From contig NZ_JBLWTY010000002.1 of NCBI RefSeq assembly GCF_048269915.1, positions 272,449 to 336,448 of the forward strand: a DNA stretch of 64,000 nucleotides. The letters are read 5' to 3'. The DNA comes from Parasphingorhabdus sp. (GTDB lineage Bacteria; Pseudomonadota; Alphaproteobacteria; Sphingomonadales; Sphingomonadaceae). This document shows, in pieces, positions 61,371 through 64,000 of the stretch. The notes beneath the pieces were generated by a model, which saw only the letters and a program-made list of their open reading frames with translations, made no database searches and was not told where the DNA came from. Within the stretch, counting starts at the first letter, position 1. The number at the start of each line of letters is the position of its first letter. The translations under genes and the position numbers were made by a program.

Positions 61371-62045
61371 TTATCGTACCCGAGGTCCGCCAAAGGGCAA
61401 TGGTGGCGGTGCGCGACGAGTGCCACGCGGCAATTGTGCCTGGAACGCGCGACCACAATGTTCGACGCAATAAGGGAAGCCGGGGTTCACTTCTTCACCA
61501 CAGAAATGGAAGTCGGGTTCGCCGGGATGGTTGATTGGCCAGCGGCAGATCTTGTCATTCAGATCGAGCAGGCTGGTTTTATCGGCAATTTCCTCACTCG
61601 GCTTGGCCGGCACCAGACGGCGCGGCGGTGCGGGTGGAATTGGTGCTTGCTGATCGCCCGGTCCCTGCCGCAAAAAACCGCCGGGGCCGACGGACACAAT
61701 CTTCGGACCATCATGCTTGGGCTGGCGGGCCTGCTGCGCGGCATGGGTACGGGCGGCCGGTGTTGGCGGCGGCATCGCGCGCCGTGCAACATGCTCTTCC
61801 TTGGGCTTGGGAACCGCGCCGGTTTTTGCCGGTGGTTTTTTCGGTTTCGCTGCCGGTTTGGCACCTTTTTTGGCTTTGGGCTTGGCTTTTACCGGGGATG
61901 GGCGTGACTTCAGGCCAAGGCGATGCGCCTTGCCGATCACGGCATTGCGGCTGACGCCACCCAGTTCTTCCGCGATCTGGCTGGCGGTCAGGCCTTTTTC
62001 CCACATATTCTTCAGTGAATCGATTCGCTCGTCTGTCCAAGCCAT
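61371..62045 (-). CDS. gcrA: GcrA cell-cycle regulator
   Basis: ATG 62045. MAWTDERIDSLKNMWEKGLTASQIAEELGGVSRNAVIGKAHRLGL, a Lys/Pro/Ala linker and C-terminal CRWPINHPGEPDFHFCG. Confidence 0.93.
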   Translation of the reverse strand: MAWTDERIDSLKNMWEKGLTASQIAEELGGVSRNAVIGKAHRLGLKSRPSPVKAKPKAKKGAKPAAKPKKPPAKTGAVPKPKEEHVARRAMPPPTPAARTHAAQQARQPKHDGPKIVSVGPGGFLRQGPGDQQAPIPPAPPRRLVPAKPSEEIADKTSLLDLNDKICRWPINHPGEPDFHFCGEEVNPGFPYCVEHCGRAFQAQLPRGTRRAPPPLPFGGPRVR

Positions 62046-62176
62046 GCAAAGTCCCAATCATTTCGAGTTTGCAGCGATATAGGGTCGCAGCGGTGAATAT
62101 ACAACCACGATATTGGTGCCTTTCAGACGCGATATGGGCTTGTGATTGGTGCTGAGAGCCGATAGGCGGAGCGAAT

Positions 62177-63034
62177 ATGCCAGACCGAAGTTCCAAACCA
62201 TCGCCGCCTGAAAGCCCTGCCAGCGTGATGCAGTTCGCCGAGCCGGGCGTTCCGATCATTCGCGGGGTCAACTGGGCCGGTTTTCTCGCCCTGTACAAGA
62301 AAGAAGTACGCCGGTTTTTCAAGGTCCAGTTGCAAACCGTGTGGGCGCCTTCGATCACGACATTGTTGTTTCTGGTCATCTTTACCGTCGCCATGGGGCG
62401 CGGTGACCGCGCCGTCTTGGGTGTGCCCTTTGCTGACTTTATCGCACCGGGCCTGATTTGCATGGGCATGTTGCAAAACGCCTTTGCCAACAGCAGCTTT
62501 TCGATGCTGGTGGGCAAGATTCAGGGTACGATTATAGATTATCTGACTCCGCCTTTATCGGTGGGAGAACTGCTTGGAGCCCTGGTCGTAGCGTCGATGA
62601 CACGCGCAGCTCTGGTTGGTTTCGCAGTATGGCTGGCGATGTTCATCTGGCCGGGTGTCAATGTCGGTATTGCGCATTGGTGGGCAGTATTATGGTTCGG
62701 CATCATGGGGGCAGCGATGCTGTCCTTTCTGGGCGTGTTAACATCGATCTGGGCGGAAAAATTCGACCATGCTGCGGCGGTTACCAACTTCGTTGTGGCA
62801 CCCTTGGCGCTTTTGTCGGGGACGTTCTATTCTATCGACCGTCTGTCTCCGGCTTTTCAGGCCGTGAGCCACGCCAATCCGTTCTTCTATGCAATATCGG
62901 GATTCCGCTATGGCTTCCTCGGTGTAGCGGATTCGCCGATCGTGCAGGGTGCCGCAATATTGCTGGCTATCAACATTGGCCTGGCGATTATCTGCTATTT
63001 TCTGCTGAAATCAGGCTGGAAGATCAAATCCTGA
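62177..63034 (+). CDS. ABC-2-type transporter permease (no ATPase gene adjacent)
   Basis: Six hydrophobic segments and ABC-2 family-like sequence. The start may be ATG 62228. Confidence 0.78.
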   Translation: MPDRSSKPSPPESPASVMQFAEPGVPIIRGVNWAGFLALYKKEVRRFFKVQLQTVWAPSITTLLFLVIFTVAMGRGDRAVLGVPFADFIAPGLICMGMLQNAFANSSFSMLVGKIQGTIIDYLTPPLSVGELLGALVVASMTRAALVGFAVWLAMFIWPGVNVGIAHWWAVLWFGIMGAAMLSFLGVLTSIWAEKFDHAAAVTNFVVAPLALLSGTFYSIDRLSPAFQAVSHANPFFYAISGFRYGFLGVADSPIVQGAAILLAINIGLAIICYFLLKSGWKIKS

Positions 63035-63044
63035 TCGCGCCGTT

Positions 63045-63425
63045 CTAATGCTGGTGAATATGGTGCAGTTTATATTTTCCGCCATCGGTCGCCTGAAATA
63101 GTCTTGCCACATCGGGATGGCCGATCGGGTCGCCGCTTTCATCGGGCAAAAGATTTTGCTGACTGACATAGGCGATATAGCTGCTGTCGGCATTTTCGGC
63201 GAAAAGATGATAAAAAGGTTGGTTTTTTTGCGGCTGCAAATCCTTCGGTATGGCTTCGTACCATTCTTCGCTGTTGGCGAAAACCGGATCGATATCATAA
63301 ATTACGCCGCGAAAATCAAAAATGCGGTGCCGCACCACATCGCCAATGGCGAAGCGGGCGTCGAGAATATCGGGCGTGTTTGGCGGCAACGGATTTCCGG
63401 ACTTGAAAGGGTCAGCTATGTTCAT
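63045..63425 (-). CDS. hspQ: HspQ/YccV-family hemimethylated-DNA-binding heat-shock protein
   Basis: FAIGDVVRHRIFDFRGVIYDIDPVF. Confidence 0.88.
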   Translation of the reverse strand: MNIADPFKSGNPLPPNTPDILDARFAIGDVVRHRIFDFRGVIYDIDPVFANSEEWYEAIPKDLQPQKNQPFYHLFAENADSSYIAYVSQQNLLPDESGDPIGHPDVARLFQATDGGKYKLHHIHQH

Positions 63426-63637
63426 GGTGACAATTTAAGCGCTTTGATATGAGATGCAAGCGCCGCATCGGGATTTGGGTGAGGCGCAAGAGGGTAGCCG
63501 GACTGTATCGAAGCTTGTTCGACCAGACAGGTCTTTGCCGGTCCCGGAAGGCTTCGCGAGGCGAGCAATCCCAACAATCTGGCTTTTGCTAAGGACCGGA
63601 AACAAGCCGCTGTCTTGATCCAGCAGCACGTTTTCTT

Positions 63638-63662
63638 ATTGCAAATGCTAATGAGTCGCAAT
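63638..63662 (+). promoter_or_regulatory. Fur-box-like AT-rich dyad upstream of the TonB-dependent receptor
   Basis: attgcaaatgctaatgagtcgcaat. The inner 19-mer matches GATAATGATAATCATTATC at about 12 of 19 positions by hand alignment. It ends 38 nt before the ATG. Confidence 0.3.
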
Positions 63663-63699
63663 AGTAGATTCGCACATGATCCGAATATGAGGGAAAATA

Positions 63700-64000
63700 A
63701 TGCGACTTTTGAGAGCTTCCATCCTGTGCGCGACGGCGCTCGCCCCTTTGCCGGCTTTGGCCGAAAGCGCCGCAGGGGACTCCGAACAACGGACAATCGT
63801 CGTGACCGGTGCGCTCGAAGAAGGCAGCACCGCCACCAAGACCGACACGCCGATCATCGAGACGCCGCAACCGATCACGGTGATCGATGACGAACTCTAT
63901 CTCGCACAAGGCGCGGTGAGCATCGGGGATACGCTGAATTACGTGGCTGGCGTGACTGCCAATCCATATGGGCCTGACAGCCGGGTCGACGGTGCCTTTG
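63700..64000 (+). CDS. TonB-dependent (siderophore-type) outer-membrane receptor, 5' part (runs off the right edge)
   Basis: Read by hand, with GAGGGA before ATG 63700. Signal peptide MRLLRASILCATALAPLPALA and plug motifs TKTDTPIIETPQPITVI and GDTLNYVAGV. Confidence 0.85.
   Translation, partial: MRLLRASILCATALAPLPALAESAAGDSEQRTIVVTGALEEGSTATKTDTPIIETPQPITVIDDELYLAQGAVSIGDTLNYVAGVTANPYGPDSRVDGAF

Noticed and set aside
63426-63699. Possible cobalamin riboswitch upstream of the TonB-dependent receptor (fragments caagagggtagccgg, actgta and gaccagacaggtctttgcc).
   Set aside because: Only scattered resemblance to the AAGAGGGAA / CTGTA / B12-box elements. The central GGTG...CC and GCCACTG segments are missing, and the receptor N-terminus looks siderophore-type rather than BtuB-type. 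A covariance-model (Rfam) scan would settle it.

Overview
This 64-kb window is mostly core chromosome of a moderately high-GC alphaproteobacterium. GcrA, a separate atpI-B-E-F'-F F0 operon and the intergenic repeat families suggest a Sphingomonadales-like organism (inference only). I call about 59 protein-coding genes, nearly all housekeeping. They include guaB, korAB, phrB-SDR-cfa, purF, hisI, cysK, uvrD, rsmD, ampG, the folC-accD-trpA-trpB-trpF-pyrF-lapA-purB block, pfk, radC, ydbH-ynbE-ydbL, the ATP synthase F0 operon, uvrC, recO, leuB, metZ, apaG, parE, gcrA and hspQ, plus the 5' end of a TonB-dependent receptor. I saw no rRNA, tRNA, CRISPR array, transposase, integrase or prophage genes. 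I cannot defend a complete novel multi-gene system here. The most unusual items are: (1) a low-GC GxxExxY (PD-(D/E)XK-like) ORF bracketed by a 22-bp inverted repeat between korB and a ydjM-like gene; (2) a signal-peptide-bearing caspase-fold (C14) protease with an unassigned beta-rich C-terminal domain; (3) three families of palindromic REP/MITE-like elements occupying five intergenic junctions of the folC-accD-trp-pyrF block (the pyrF-lapA junction overlaps and has none); (4) an ATP synthase c subunit with a roughly 33-aa Ala/Pro/Glu-rich C-terminal tail; (5) a tiny secreted protein made of DxDxDG calcium-loop repeats; and (6) a MerR-type gene with an operator inside its promoter spacer and an apparently leaderless start. 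The ORF track uses GTG and TTG as well as ATG starts, so several starts were re-picked by reading the DNA. All coordinates, mismatch counts and GC values are hand counts.
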